A DNA stretch of 47,235 nt, from NCBI GenBank assembly GCA_001687465.1, contig LVLI01000136.1:1-47235 (forward strand), read 5' to 3'. Below the pieces are notes generated by a model. It saw only the letters and a program-made list of their open reading frames with translations. It was not told the DNA's origin and ran no database searches. This DNA is from Halocafeteria seosinensis (lineage: Eukaryota). Positions 21,573 through 34,147 of this stretch are shown here, in pieces; the first letter of the stretch is position 1; the number at the start of each line of letters is the position of its first letter. Position numbers and translations under genes: made by a program.

Positions 21573-22947
21573 ATGGGGACGGGCTTGAAGATTGCGGTTT
21601 GGCTCGTATGCGCAGCATGGATGTCTTCATGTGCATTATCCACCAGTGGTGAGTTACGAAATGAAGTAAAGGATGGCACCTATGAGGACATCTTTGAGTA
21701 TGTGCGAGAAAAGAAGCTCTTCCGGCTGAAGCGAAATGTTCGCTGGCACAAGGAAGTTGGAGCCAACCCGCATCGTAACTCACCCTAGATAAACAAGAGA
21801 CATTCAAAGGACAAGGGTTCTTCATTGACTTGGCTAATATCATGGAATGGAAAGGTTTGATAAGAGTGAATAAAAGTACAGTCAAGAAGTTCCAAGATTC
21901 CCCGCTGATCAAGGACCTCCACATGAAACACGGAACAACCAGCATTGGCGGTGGATTCATCGTTCAGCACCACCAGAAGTCTTTCACAGTTGAGCAGTGC
22001 AGCTCCACAGGCGTAGTTATCGGTCAGAAAGGCAGTAATTCTCTTGATTTTCACGGCGGTGGTGGTATATGTGGTGAAGAATGTGGAGCCGACGGAGGAG
22101 AGATCGTAGTCAGAAATTGCCACTCCAGTGGGCCAATAACGGTCGTCGACGGTGGTGGAATATGTGGACGCAAAGTGGCAGCTAGAGGAGGGAAAGCGAC
22201 AATAACCAATTGTCACTCTCGAGGAGAAATTTCTGCCAATTCCGCTGGGGGTATTGTTGGTAGCAGCGCCCTTCAGGAGGTGGCAAACTGTCCATCGCGA
22301 ACTGTTACACGGAGGGAAAAATTACAGGCCTTGGGAGTGGAGGCCTCACTGGTCACGGCGCTGGGCTAGGAAACCGTAGCTATGTATCTATTTCCACATC
22401 ATATTCTCTAGGAAATATAGAAGGAAGACAAACTGGGGGGCTTTGTGGGAAAGTCACGGCTGGTACTAAAGGGAGGGCGCTATTCAGTGACTGCTACTCA
22501 TCGGGATCGATATCTGGATCTTACGCTGGTGGGATTTGCGGAGACGATCCAGCAGGAGATGGTGGAACATTGGTCATCAAGAATACATTCTCGGCTGGAA
22601 AAATTGGATCTTCTTCTGGAGGGATTCTTGGGTCTGTTCCGCAAGGATCAACCGTTATTGTGAAACTTTCGGTTTACAATGGAGGACGGCTTGCTGCTTC
22701 TGGATCCCCGTATTCAAACGAGGGGAACTCAGACGATTTACGAAATATAATTGGAACGCTTTACTGTCACGACGAAAAATGCTGGGACTCAAATAAATGG
22801 CACTCAAGAAGTAATGACGTTCCAAAATTGATGTTCCAGGTTCCAAGCAGCACACCCTTCCCACACCGTCTTCGAGCAGCAGTGCATCGCAGTTAACGGG
22901 GAATGCTTCATCCGTTCGTCCTAGTGTTACCTCGACCCTCTTCAACC
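21573..22947 (+). pseudogene. Frameshifted, 3'-truncated paralog of the 13854-17027 GLUG-like gene
   Basis: Collinear similarity (HGGGGICGEECGADGG is identical). One-base frameshifts near 21778, 22270 and 22858. Similarity ends just inside the S/T stalk at ~22947. Confidence 0.8.
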
Positions 22948-25435
22948 TGTTGGTTTCATCGGGAATTTGTATAACACGGTATATAATACATCTCTATAGG
23001 GTTGTATCATCATTACCAATACGCATCTACACACAAGACGTTTATCTCTCCGAACTGTACAACGTTGTACGGGTATACATGTTTACATGCAGTTGCAAAC
23101 GTCCATAACTTCTCAATTTTTCACGGAGTTGCAACCAGCGAACAGGACGATATCTGTACACCATTCAGCTTATCAACTGGTTCAACGTTAGGATTAAGTG
23201 TCACTAGAATTTTCGGTCTCTCGGCGAAGTGGGGATTTATCCGTGGGAGGCCAAAGAGGGGAGATCTTCCCATCTTTCGACGGTTTGCGGGGAGCTAGTT
23301 GCTACATAAACTGTTTATACACCAAGGATATCAAACTAATCTTCAATCACATGGAAGAAGTAGACGAGGGTGATGCCCCGGTTGTGTATAATAAGCTGGC
23401 GGCGGCAGGAAATTCTCACAGCGCGTTAAGGAACGCAATTACCGCTCAGTACCATTTGGATGCGTTTCTGTCGAGCAAGAAGATAGGAGAACAGGAAGAG
23501 GTGGTTTGTTCAAAGGATATGTTGGCAGAGTATGCCACATATCTGGTAGAGTTCGGGAAAAAAGTCAACGGGGATCTCTTGAAAGGCAACACAGCCTATC
23601 AGTACTTTACATACACGAAGAGTCTGCTGCAGAAGAAGTACCCGAAAAATCCTGAATTGAAAAAGCTATCGGATTCTGACTGGTTTACGCAGATTGGGGG
23701 TCGTATCAGAAACCTAGTCTCCCAACGTTGCATGCGGGATGGGATCCCTTTTGCCGAAAAGGCACCTGCGACTTGATGGAGTTCGCGAGGCGTTTCCTCG
23801 CAGAGAACAACTGAGAGGCAATGATGAGGAGAGCGGCCATAGTAACAAACTGGCTCGCAGTGGGACGCGCTGTGAAGTCGCTCTGATGACGTGGAATTGC
23901 CTGTCACTTCCCATAACTGGAGAATACCTCACTGCTGATTGGGCTTAGAAAAAGACGCCCACCTTCTAGCCCATGAGTTTTTTTCCGGATCGGTCCAATT
24001 ATGAGATTGACTACTTGCACTGCTTAGGTAGTTATCTCATAACTTCTCGCGGAAGCCATGGTGAGCAAAACTTTATTTTCCCACAACTCCAAAGAATGAA
24101 AGCCCCAGCGACCAAATTGACTACGTGGTTGAAGGAAAAAGATGAGGAAAAGGTCAATTACGTCGGCACATCTTTGCGCAATGGCGCATCCAATCAAATG
24201 GCAAACACTCGGGATGTAGAATTACATCATATAATCGCTCGTGGAGGCTGGGAGTGCAAGGGATCAACAATGTTTTCCACTATTTGCTGCAATTGTTCGA
24301 AAGCATAAACGTCGGAGTAAGGGCGTTGGCACGATGGACTGATTGTAAAACGGGTGCTTATCTACCCCGCCTCGTATTCATGACTGAGGATTACCGGAAG
24401 GATATTGAAACTTTCCTCACTCATCTCTTTGGACAAAACACGGCAATTTTTCGCGATATCTCGTCAGGATGTACACCGATCACTGGACTGCTTCACGCGA
24501 TGTTAGCGAGCCTGCTAATGTACTTCGACGATGTCCTTACGGATTGGGGATCCAAATCTCATATTACTCAACAGATCACCGACGCTGCATCAGAGTCCGG
24601 TATTCAATACTTTACACTACTCATTTGGGGACGACTGGTCCCAAGACCGACTTCAACGAGCGCAATCTTGACAGTATTTCCAGCAGTGACATTCTTGACC
24701 AAGTAGGAAAACTTCGATCAGAAATTCATGAGCTTCGCAGCACAGTTGTTAACTCTCTGCAGGGACTAACGGAAGAGATTCAGGTTTTGAAGGATCTTCA
24801 AAGGAAGGAAGAGATTGATAGAGTCCCTGTAAGTCCTTTCGGGTACACCACTAACAAGCTCGGCTCAAAGGAAAAGAACCCGTTCCCCCTCCGAAACTGG
24901 AGTAAATGAAGAAAGCAGCCAAGATAGAGCGAAAGTGACGTCTTCGAAGAAATCCTTGAACGATGTGCTACAGAAGAAGCCAACCATACTGAAGGAGTTT
25001 TGCATCGAAAAACTGAAGGGGTGTAGATTGTCTACGTTTCTCGGTGATTACGTACGACACGGCTTGGCCAAACCAGGCATGTTGTCAGCGGCCTGCAAAA
25101 ACAAGCAAGATCGAGGGTACCTTTCGAAAGTGATTAATTTTGTCAAGGAAGACCCTGCTTCTCAAAAGTTATTTGAATGCAGCAAATTGGACGTGTCAAA
25201 ACGTGAAGTAAAGGACCAAATTAGTCTGCTTGCCGCAGAGACCCAGGAACGAGTCATGGCGAGACTAGCTGACCTAGAAAAGGAGATTCCAACAAACGAG
25301 AAGAGCGAAGACGTCCATCGGAAGAAGAGAGAGAAAACAGGCTGTAGCGAAAAGAATACCTTCTGACGATAAAGTAGTTCCTCGAAAGCAAGCAAATTCC
25401 TTCTTTAACCTCGGTTCTTCACAGTCCGCTAGTGA
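22948..25435 (+). mobile_element. Degenerate Crypton-like tyrosine-recombinase element (coding remnant ~23351-25366; ends approximate)
   Basis: Ordered YR catalytic-type motifs: GTRCEV (R), WA*KKT (K), TSLRNGA (xxxR), IIARGGW and FHYL (Y). In-frame TAGs at 23946 and 23967 plus frameshifts. No RT or gag seen. Confidence 0.65.
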
Positions 25436-25534
25436 CCCCTAGAGCTACGCATCAATATGCATCAAGATTGATGTTGACCAAGGAAAACATACGAAACACC
25501 CGAATCCATACTCGCTCATCTCAGTTTGTCTTAC

Positions 25535-25760
25535 CATCACCTAGCAGTTCCTTCAGATTTTCATGGAAATGAGGGCTCGTCACATAATTATGCGTTTCTC
25601 GATGCAACCAAAGCCTTTATTGTTTTCAATGTCACGCATAAATCACATTTCTCCTTACATTGAAATGCAGCTTCAACATGTGTTCGACGCAATTAGGATC
25701 GTGAATGATAACGAAGCGCGGAATGAGCGGCAGTTTGACCTGGAATGTATCCCCTTGGAA
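25535..25760 (-). pseudogene. Cytochrome P450 remnant (two N-terminal exons, CYP86-clan-like)
   Basis: Exon 25659-25760 FQGDTFQVKLPLIPRFVIIHDPNCVEHMLKLHFN|GTAAG and exon 25535-25589 NYVTSPHFHENLKELLGDG|GTAAG match the DPxxVEHxLKxxFxNYxKG...LLGDG pattern. The second acceptor reads CAT instead of CAG. Confidence 0.6.
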
Positions 25761-26116
25761 CTGTACAACGGGGTAGGATAAACAAATCGTATCCTCTTCA
25801 ACAGGGACCGTTCCGTCGAGACAAACGTCTGAGCCCTCAACAACATTGATGGCATGGTAAGCCAGTTTATTGATCCAGTAGAAACGATAAATGGCCGCGT
25901 TCAACTGCCAGCGGATCCGATGGCGTTGTCCAATGTGGATGCGGAATTCCACATTGATGCCAGGAATTGAGCAATTGGAGCTCTCTAGTTTGGAGGACGT
26001 GAGCTTCTGTAGCTAAGATACGACTTCTCAGCACACATATGCTTGTTCGACTGGCCTCAATGACAGATGCCTGCTACTCATCCTCATTCACTCGCCCGTT
26101 GATACTAATCGTTGGA

Positions 26117-27222
26117 TCATGAAATCTGTTTTCCGTTTGAAGTCTGGCCGGACGCAATCACTTTTTCATCCTTGATAAACCGCGAGTGACCACGACCACG
26201 CCCGCGCCCACGACCACGCCCACGACTACTACCACCACTAATTCCCGTGTCCTGCTGCTGACTAGTACTATTGTTAAGACAACTGCCTCTGCCACGGTTC
26301 GCTCCGCGACCACGACCACTAGGGCTCGTGGTAGTTCTTCCGCTACTGGGACTAGTGATCTTACCACACTCATGACCACGACCACGACTACCAGTTCCCC
26401 TGTCCTGCTGCTGACCAATACCAAGGTTCACAAAACTGCCTCTGCCACGGTTCTCTCCACTACCACGACCACTAAGGCTTCTGGTGTTGTTACCGCTACT
26501 AGGGCTAGTGATCTCATCTGCGACCTCATTGAGTTGCCAGTGAACAAAACGCCTCGCCCCCTTCAGTTCTCGCAAAAGCTTGTGCGACTCCTTGGTTTTC
26601 ATATTATTCAGAAGATGCAGCACCGACTCGTCTTTAGCCTTCGGGCTAACGATGCCGACACAAGCTACGACGTCCAAGATACCCATGTGATCAGCTGGAT
26701 TTAAATGTCTTGCTCTGTCTAACGAAACACGCAACCGCTTTTCTAGTCTCAGCAGAAGATCCCTGCGGCTATCCGTGCTCTTAGATGTAGTAATTTCGAA
26801 TATCACTAAGTAGTCACATTTGTCGTCCTTCGTGGGACAGAGCCTCTTCTGATTGCTTTGCCTAACCGCAGGTGGCCGATTGTAATGCACACCGGAACTA
26901 CCATAGACTGTCAATCCTTCAACGCATCTTGGGGAGCAGTGCTGGCTCACATTAACGAGTAAGCGGAAGTCCCACTCGGATGAATAGATAGATTCTCCGT
27001 TCACCCAGGTATCTGGAATCTCTTGTATCGGGCGGTGAGCTTCGCCAAGAGCGCCGCCTGGCTTGAGTCCAAGATGACTTTCTAACGTGCTGAACAAAAG
27101 GTTTCGTCCGTCTTCTTCGTACTGAGGACTGGTCATGTCACTGCTGCCCGTAGACTCTGCCATTGAAGCTGATCCCAATCGCTCCAACAGTCTCGCCGAC
27201 ATGTAGCCAGGAGGCCCTGTCG
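26117..27222 (-). CDS. Terminal exon of a hypothetical protein with a possible PD-(D/E)xK-like core and RG-rich duplicated tail
   Basis: Polypyrimidine+TAG acceptor at 27223. Motifs EWDFRL and YLVIFEITTS. A 153-nt internal duplication (ITSPSSG...QQQD...RGRG) and an (RG)n run. Confidence 0.55.
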
Positions 27223-29268
27223 CTACAAAAACAAAAAAAATTGCTGACTGAAGAATGGCAATATGTAGATAAACTGTGTGATTTGCTCAAGAGCAGTTTC
27301 ATACTTCATGCCCCAATCCCTTCTAGACTAGGAATTCGCCGCTCTCCCTTTGCACCTTTTCTTATGAGAATGTTAAAACCTAGAATGTTATCACACAGTA
27401 TCCCTTCACTAGTTCACTCCTTTGCGCCGTGTCGAGGAGCAACATTCTCCCTTATCACCTTTTTCATCCCGCCGAACCGCGGCATTGGATTCCACAACGC
27501 CACTGTCCCGATTCAGTCTTCGGACACAAACTGTATTACCTACTTAAGAAACAAGGCCCTCAAAGCTCTACCTAGACGGCAGGCCATAACAATACACACT
27601 ACTACAATAGCTTACCGTTTTCATCGTAGCAGAGTTCCGACACCAAAGAAGACAGAGCCTCTCTCAACAAACGCAGAGGTGTCGTGTCTTCAAGTACATT
27701 CCTTCCCTTGACTTCATCCCTCCACTCGGCAACCACGTCGTCCATTTGGGACTTATTCTGTACAGGGTAAAAATCCTTAAGTATTCCCTGCTCATAGCCG
27801 TGTTAGCCGCGGCGTCTGACAAAAGGAAACACGCCACGACGATTCTGATCCTCACACGCCGCTCTTGTACCGGTAATAGCTTTCCATCTTCGTTTTTGCG
27901 AAGAAGACATTCCAGAACTCCATTAATCTAATCTCCTCACTCGTTTCCAAACATTTCCCAATGCTATTTGCAAAGGTTTCCTTTTTGCGTTTCCTCTCTT
28001 TGACTTTGCACCCTCCCGGTATGCACTTCTCTTTGATGGTTTCTGATAATCCAGGCTTTGGTTCTGCAGCCATTTTCGTCTTCTTTTATGTTTTGTCGTT
28101 TCCGTTGGCTCTGCCGCGACAAACTTCGTCTCCAGTGGTAACCTAAACGGGTTGGTGTAGGCTGCGCTGGGCGAAGTCAATTCAACCCCCAAACCAAGTG
28201 ACATCTACTTCTGTCTCATACGGTAGATAGGACTATGAAATGGTGTTATGCTATGCTTGCTGTGGGTAGCCAAAAACAACAAGATTTTCTCCATAATGAA
28301 ATTCCATTCCAATGTCCTGGACTAACTTCGTGGTACCCGGGCCTTGGGCCGGGGGGCTACTATGCATGAATGGATATAATATGATGCTACTGTTGTACTT
28401 GTACCATGTACTCGTGTACCGCTCTGGGTAAGAAGAAGTTAATGGTGCATTGATTGTTTCTGCTCTGTACTACAAGTCGCGTTTTCCTGTGGAGGACCGG
28501 AAATTCCCGGTCTGGAATCGGACGGGATTATGAGTTCGAGTGCGCCGCCGCATTCGTTAGATAAAATCTACCGATTTTGCCTATTGACTATGCTTATGAA
28601 TACCGTAAGTCATTATACGCGCTCCCAAAAAGGCTTGCATGCGAAGCTCAACTCACTTCATTTGTGCTTCTGAACTTCAAGGCCGTCGAACCCGGAACTT
28701 CCGCCGGAAGCCGACCGTTCGTAAGTCAGAGTGGAGCCTATAACTTCGAGGGCCATCTGCAATGATGGCAAAACTTAGAGGTGCAGTGTTCAACGGTTCT
28801 ATTCTGACGAAAGCATAATCCGGGGATGATCAACGGTTATTGGAACTTATCCACAAAGATGCTCTGGAAGATACTTGGAATAGAGCTAGTATCAAATACA
28901 GGATAGCCACTGCAGTCAAAGTCGAACAAGAAAACTCAATTATACAGCCAACATAATTCTCGCCGCATGAAGTATCGCAGGTCTCAGCCTACAACACAGA
29001 ATCCCCATCTTTCATTCCGCTCATGGAGAACCTTTTCCGCTGGTATACGCCGGATGAGCTAGGTAGAAAACACGAGACCCCATGTCCTGGATCCCAGCTT
29101 CAGTGTTTGCGGACTAGCCGCCGAGCCGCTGGACACATCCGCGAGGGAGGAGCACATGCGCAGATAGAAAGCTGTGCAGAGGAGGTAGCATTTCTGCAAT
29201 CATCCCTCGGGCTTTCATATCTTTGAGAACCCTATCTGTTGCTTTCTTGGGGAGGTGCCAACTCAGCC

Positions 29269-30979
29269 CTAGTATTTGGTAAGATCTGTTGCAATACGAG
29301 AGAATGTGATCTCTAGCTGATGCATTCTGTTCGCGACTAGATGAATAAAGGCACCCACATGTAAATGATGGTTATCTGGGCACGCAAGTTTAGCTACACC
29401 CATGACGAACGGTCGATACTTGGCTAACTCCATCGCAAGCTGAGCTAAAGTAAGAATTTCCCGTTCCTTCTCGGTCAACCTCTCATGCTTGATAATCTGA
29501 AGTAGAGCGTCAGACATTCGTTTCTCTGCTCCAGTAGAGGGTACACCGTACGGTGCTGTTTCGAAAGAATGACCCCGTTGAGGCATCTCATGCATAGCAC
29601 TCAGTTTTGCGCGCGTGTCTTCATTCTCTAAATGAGGCATAATATCACTGAAAGGGCTTTTTCTAAAAATCATGTATTTCTTTGGACTTATGACCTTGAC
29701 ATCCTCTCCATCAGGTAAATCATACTTCGAGAGTTCTCCATTTAGGACGTTCTTGCTGTCTCTATTCGTAGGATTCGCGCTCGCACCATGGTCCTGGTGT
29801 TTCGTATGTTGAAGATCCGGATTGTCACCACTGCTTTCTTCCTTCAACGACTCTATTCCTTCCGATGTATCACTTGTGCTTTCGTCATCAGCATCATCGT
29901 TGTCGGAAGCACCGGACCTACTCTCTCTATCAGATTCTGGCATGTTTTCCGAGTCGTCGGCCAATTCCCCTTTCTGACTCAATGAAATCTCTTTAACATT
30001 TGGCTTGACTCGCTTCATAATAGTTTCAAGCCAATCGTTCACTCTATTTACTTTGGGTGCCTTCCCCGATACAAGAACTTGATTTCTCGTCGAGATAACG
30101 GACGAAACGATCTGTTTACATTCCGTATTAGTCAAAGTCCATCCCTCAAGGTTTTTATCCCCAAAGTAGAGATCCCTTGTAAATAAGGCAACAGCGTGTG
30201 CAGCAGCGTTTGTGTACCGACTTGGATCCACCTTCTCCTTGCTTGGGGGCGGAGGTAGTGCTTGTGGAAAACTCAGTAAGTGCAAAAGCACTTCGGCATT
30301 CCTTGCCCACGCGGGAAATGGATTATTCTTTTGCGTGCCTGTGGCACACGACTGTACGTACAAGTAGAAGTGAGGGTGCCTGTGTAATGCGTCTTGCACG
30401 TCAATTGCACTAACTTACCTGGATTTGCAGGAGGCATTGGTAATGCTTCTGTTGGCATGCATCCCCATCCGGTGGTGCAGGCGGTCTCAATTCTTTCGGG
30501 GAATACGTTTGATTCAATTCTCCGGCCACACGTGCCCACAGCTCTCTGAGAAACACTTGCTTCTTCGGAGTCGATACAGAGCTGCCCCAAAACCGATCCG
30601 CCAGTTCCTTGCGCTTAAGGAGCATCCGGGTGACGCCTTCCGGCGTCCATGCACCACGCAGCCGTGGCGATTTAGGGGAGCTTGCTCCCCGTGCAGGGCT
30701 GGCCGGTCGACGTCTCTTGCCCATGCTAGCCGTAGTTGTCCTTAGCGGCGTAGAGCGATTGGATTTCGGCGTGGAAACCGAAGGGGACTTGCGTTTATTA
30801 CTGGGCGACTGTTGTGGAGCAAGTTGCGTTTTCGGAGGCCCTCGATGCCTTTGCCGTCGGCTCCTCGTAGATACCGATCGAACCATGCTGTGCACTCTTG
30901 GGGGATCAACAACTAGTGGAAGAGGAAATACAAACACGTGCTCTCGTTTTTGACTAGAATTCCACTTTGGATACGCCAT
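29269..30979 (-). CDS. Myb/SANT-like (trihelix/MADF-type) DNA-binding protein
   Basis: GAWTPEGVTRML...ELWARVAGELN...CQQKHYQCL. A phase-0 intron at 30352-30418 (GTAAGT...TACAG) joins the two ORFs in frame. Basic N-terminus and acidic middle region. Confidence 0.6.
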
Positions 30980-31351
30980 GGAATCCGCCGTTAATCATGC
31001 GACCGATTGATGGCGGACAAACTTTTATTGGTTAATCCAGAACGTTTGGGCAACCGGATCACAAAAGATCGTCGAACGCATCACACCAAGCGCACTAGTA
31101 TAGGTCCCCTGCGTAATCACGAGGAAGTCGCTCTGGACGGATCACACACAATGTCTTCTTGATTTGATCCGCTGAGAGGGTCCTTTGACCAAGCACATTC
31201 CCTGAATTCCCCCCACATATGGTAGTATTATTAAGTGACTCACGAGATCATGTAGTTGGAAAGAGCGTAAAAAACTTAATATAGACAGTAACCACGAGGT
31301 GTCAATTATTGCGCTAACTCTGCCTGACGAGAACTCTAAGCACACTTGCTA

Positions 31352-31833
31352 TCACTCAGCCCCTCCGATCTTGTGGTGTCCACCGCGTAGATCATGAAAA
31401 ATACCTGCACAGTATAATAGGTACACCAGTATCTTAAGCTTCTAACTTGACAAGTTTGCAATTGACACTCCACTACACTCACTGTAGACAGCCACCAGAA
31501 ATACGCTTCCGATAACGGCGGAACCTCCAGTCAGGAGCGCCTTGTCATTCGCTCCTTTGCTATAGGTGGGGTGAGCCGCGTTTCCAACACCGTATTTTTG
31601 AAAGTGCTGAATGTTCTGGGCTTTCATGTTTGGAAGATTAGTGAGCTGCAGACAGTGAATTCATACACCAGCGTGAAATTGTCCCATAGCTGCCAAATGA
31701 CCACTTCACCTACCCGTGTGGAGATCTTTTCCAGGACATTGTAGCTCATCGGTCGGGTCTGGACACCACTGCCAGTGGTAGACCGAAGAATAGCCCCTGG
31801 AGATCTGGTAAATGTGCGTGCAATCTGATTCAT
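31352..31833 (-). CDS. Small mitochondrial single-TM protein, cytochrome c oxidase subunit VIIa-like (111 aa)
   Basis: Exons 31714-31833, 31483-31645 and 31352-31404 are in frame across GT-AG introns. Arg/Thr/Ser-rich leader, then QHFQ...HPTYSKGANDK, a hydrophobic helix and GHHK. Confidence 0.6.
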
Positions 31834-32734
31834 TTCACTTAATTAAAGCTCGATAAAGACCCTGGCCAGCGTCCGCGTATTACTTTCACAGCAGGATGTT
31901 CACTAATTCGACCTATTGACAGTATCTGCTTATCAGCGGGAACCAAAATTAATCAAGATTTATCTTGTATCAACAAATCGAAAGGTCTGAGGCTCTGAAA
32001 ATCTGTCTGAATACTCGCTTTGTTACACCTAAACGTGGCTGGAAATATTCCGAAAATCCGGGCCCTCGGCCCGGGCCCCCCCCTGGATTTTGGTCATGTG
32101 TCACATGATGTGTGTTGATTGAAATTCATGCAACGACTTACCCACGCGTTGTACTGGACTCGGAATACATGAAAGTGTCCGTGTAACTGTTGCGTATGTT
32201 GTTCTGCTGCTCTATTTTATTTCGCTTTGTGGACTTGCTTCTTCAGCCGTGCAATTCATCATGTTTGCACTGCGTTTAAGCTTTATGAGTGACAATACAT
32301 AGCGTTATACCACTGCCGGTGGGCCATCAGTGACGTTTTGGTCGTCCGGCACTTGCTACGTACTTTAAGGTGCACTGTACGCACATCAGTATCAGGTGTT
32401 GGTGTGGTGGTGCATGGTGCTTCCAGTACTGTAAGTGAAGTGCAACAATCAGACTTCAGTCTATTATGGGTTTCCTTGGAGGTGGAGGGACATGGTTTAA
32501 CGTCCACTGCTTGGGAAAGCAACAGTAGCAGTAGCCTTGTCGTAGCAGAAGTCGGTATATCAAGTTGACTTTTCGTTTTTGTAGGCCAACCGGCCACCAC
32601 TGGCTACAACTCTATGTTACATGGCCTCCATTCTTATGGATTCTGAATCGTAACAAATCCACTCTATACAATGTCATATACACGTTTACTTGAAACCCGA
32701 CTGATTTGGAGTTGTCTCCGGAGTCTACTACGCA

Positions 32735-33901
32735 ATGCCCCCTAAGACGAGGAAGTCTGCATCGAAGCGTACGGCAGACACACCTACAGAGGGTGAACGG
32801 ACGGTATGAGACATCTGTTCGCCCATGTATTGTTTTATCTAACTATTTTCCGCTGTATATTCACTATGGGCACAGAGAAACAGCAGCGTCTGGATGAAAT
32901 CATGCAAGTCATCAAGAAAAGCAGGCCAAAAGAATAGAGAAGCACGGCCAAACACTAGAGAAACTCCTAGCAAATGAAAGGAGCATCTCCCTATCGCGAA
33001 TCTCGACTAATGCGTTGGCGGAGATGCTCTGAAGTTTAAGGTTGGTACAGATCAGCAAAACGGAGGACGTCGACCCACTTCGAGAACTAGAACAGCATAC
33101 GCCATCTCCACGGGAAGTAGTTGAAGCCGTAACAAACGAAGCCCATCGGACGGAGGCTGCTATTAAAAAGCTACCAGAAAGTCCTAAGACAGCTGGTGTC
33201 CCATTTTGCGAAAATGGATACCGACTAGTCGACTGCCCTCAGGAACGCATGTGGAATATCAAAATCGGGAAGTACACCGTCAAAGGCGTACCTGATGGCA
33301 TCATCCTTCCTTGGTCGCAGATGGATGTTGATCCAGGATCTCAGATCAGAGCCGCTGTGGACTTCAAGGTGAAGTTTGATGGGAGCAACATGGCTCAACG
33401 TATCAACCAAGCGATGGGCATGTTTATCGCCGCCAATGCACTCTCTTTCCACGAAGTCATTGTGGTATTCACGGACATGAACGGAGCAAACGAGATTTAT
33501 CGGGCGAATCAGACGAATGTTGGGGTCATCGAGCGTCTGGAGGGCTTAACTTACGGAGGAATGGTCACCATTCTCAGTCGCTTTCTACGAGAGGAATCGA
33601 CTCCAGAGCTTATCACCAAGTGGGACGAGTCAACCATTCGTGGCCCCGCTAATGAGAAAGCAGGGCGTATCCAGTTCAAAAGTATTTTCGAGGAGGCTAC
33701 AAACGCAGGTTTGAGCGGTTGGCAGTGTTCAAAGAGGAGGAGCCCTAGAACATTTGCAAGCCGCTACACAAATGCTTGCCAGCAGCTTCAATACTGACGA
33801 AGAGAATGACCCCTTCTCGCCTGAAGTACCACTCTATGTGGGAAATGATTTCTTTACCAGGATGTATTCCTAAGTCGGGTACCGCGTTTATACCACTTTA
33901 A
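32735..33901 (+). pseudogene. Crinkler-type restriction-endonuclease-like (REase) gene, degenerate
   Basis: Core GVPDGIILP...AAVDFK...QAMGMFIAAN...VVFTDM. Upstream coiled-coil-like frame broken by TGA at 33030 and a shift near 32918. Possible first exon MPPKTRKSASKR at 32735. Confidence 0.55.
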
Positions 33902-34147
33902 TTCGACAACACAGCCCGCTGTTCTTTGAGAGTTCGTACTGGTTGTACCGTATATATATACCTACATGCCCCGTTTTACAACAACCCTTTACAAAAACCC
34001 CATCTTTTGTTTGGTATTGTGAGTTGAAAAATCAAGCAATCCTCAGAAGCGCCCATGAAGGTTTCTCTGACACAGTGACCCTTTAGCATACACTAAACGG
34101 TAGCGACCAGTTCCAAACAACTTATCCGTTCGGGATTCAGAAATGTT

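Noticed and set aside
22948..23200. LTR beginning TGTTGG at the junction
   Set aside because: No second copy, primer-binding site, or gag/RT/integrase remnants found in the window.
27300..29260. Short ORFs and splice-like sites between the RG-tail gene and the Myb-like gene
   Set aside because: No consistent exon chain or recognisable motif could be built.
2292..33032. Stop-codon reassignment suggested by in-frame TAG/TAA/TGA at 2292, 11715, 23946, 23967 and 33030
   Set aside because: Long intact genes have no internal stops and end in all three codons (e.g. TAG 17025-17027, TGA 9803-9805, TAA 38236-38238). The stops occur in decayed sequences and fit point mutations.
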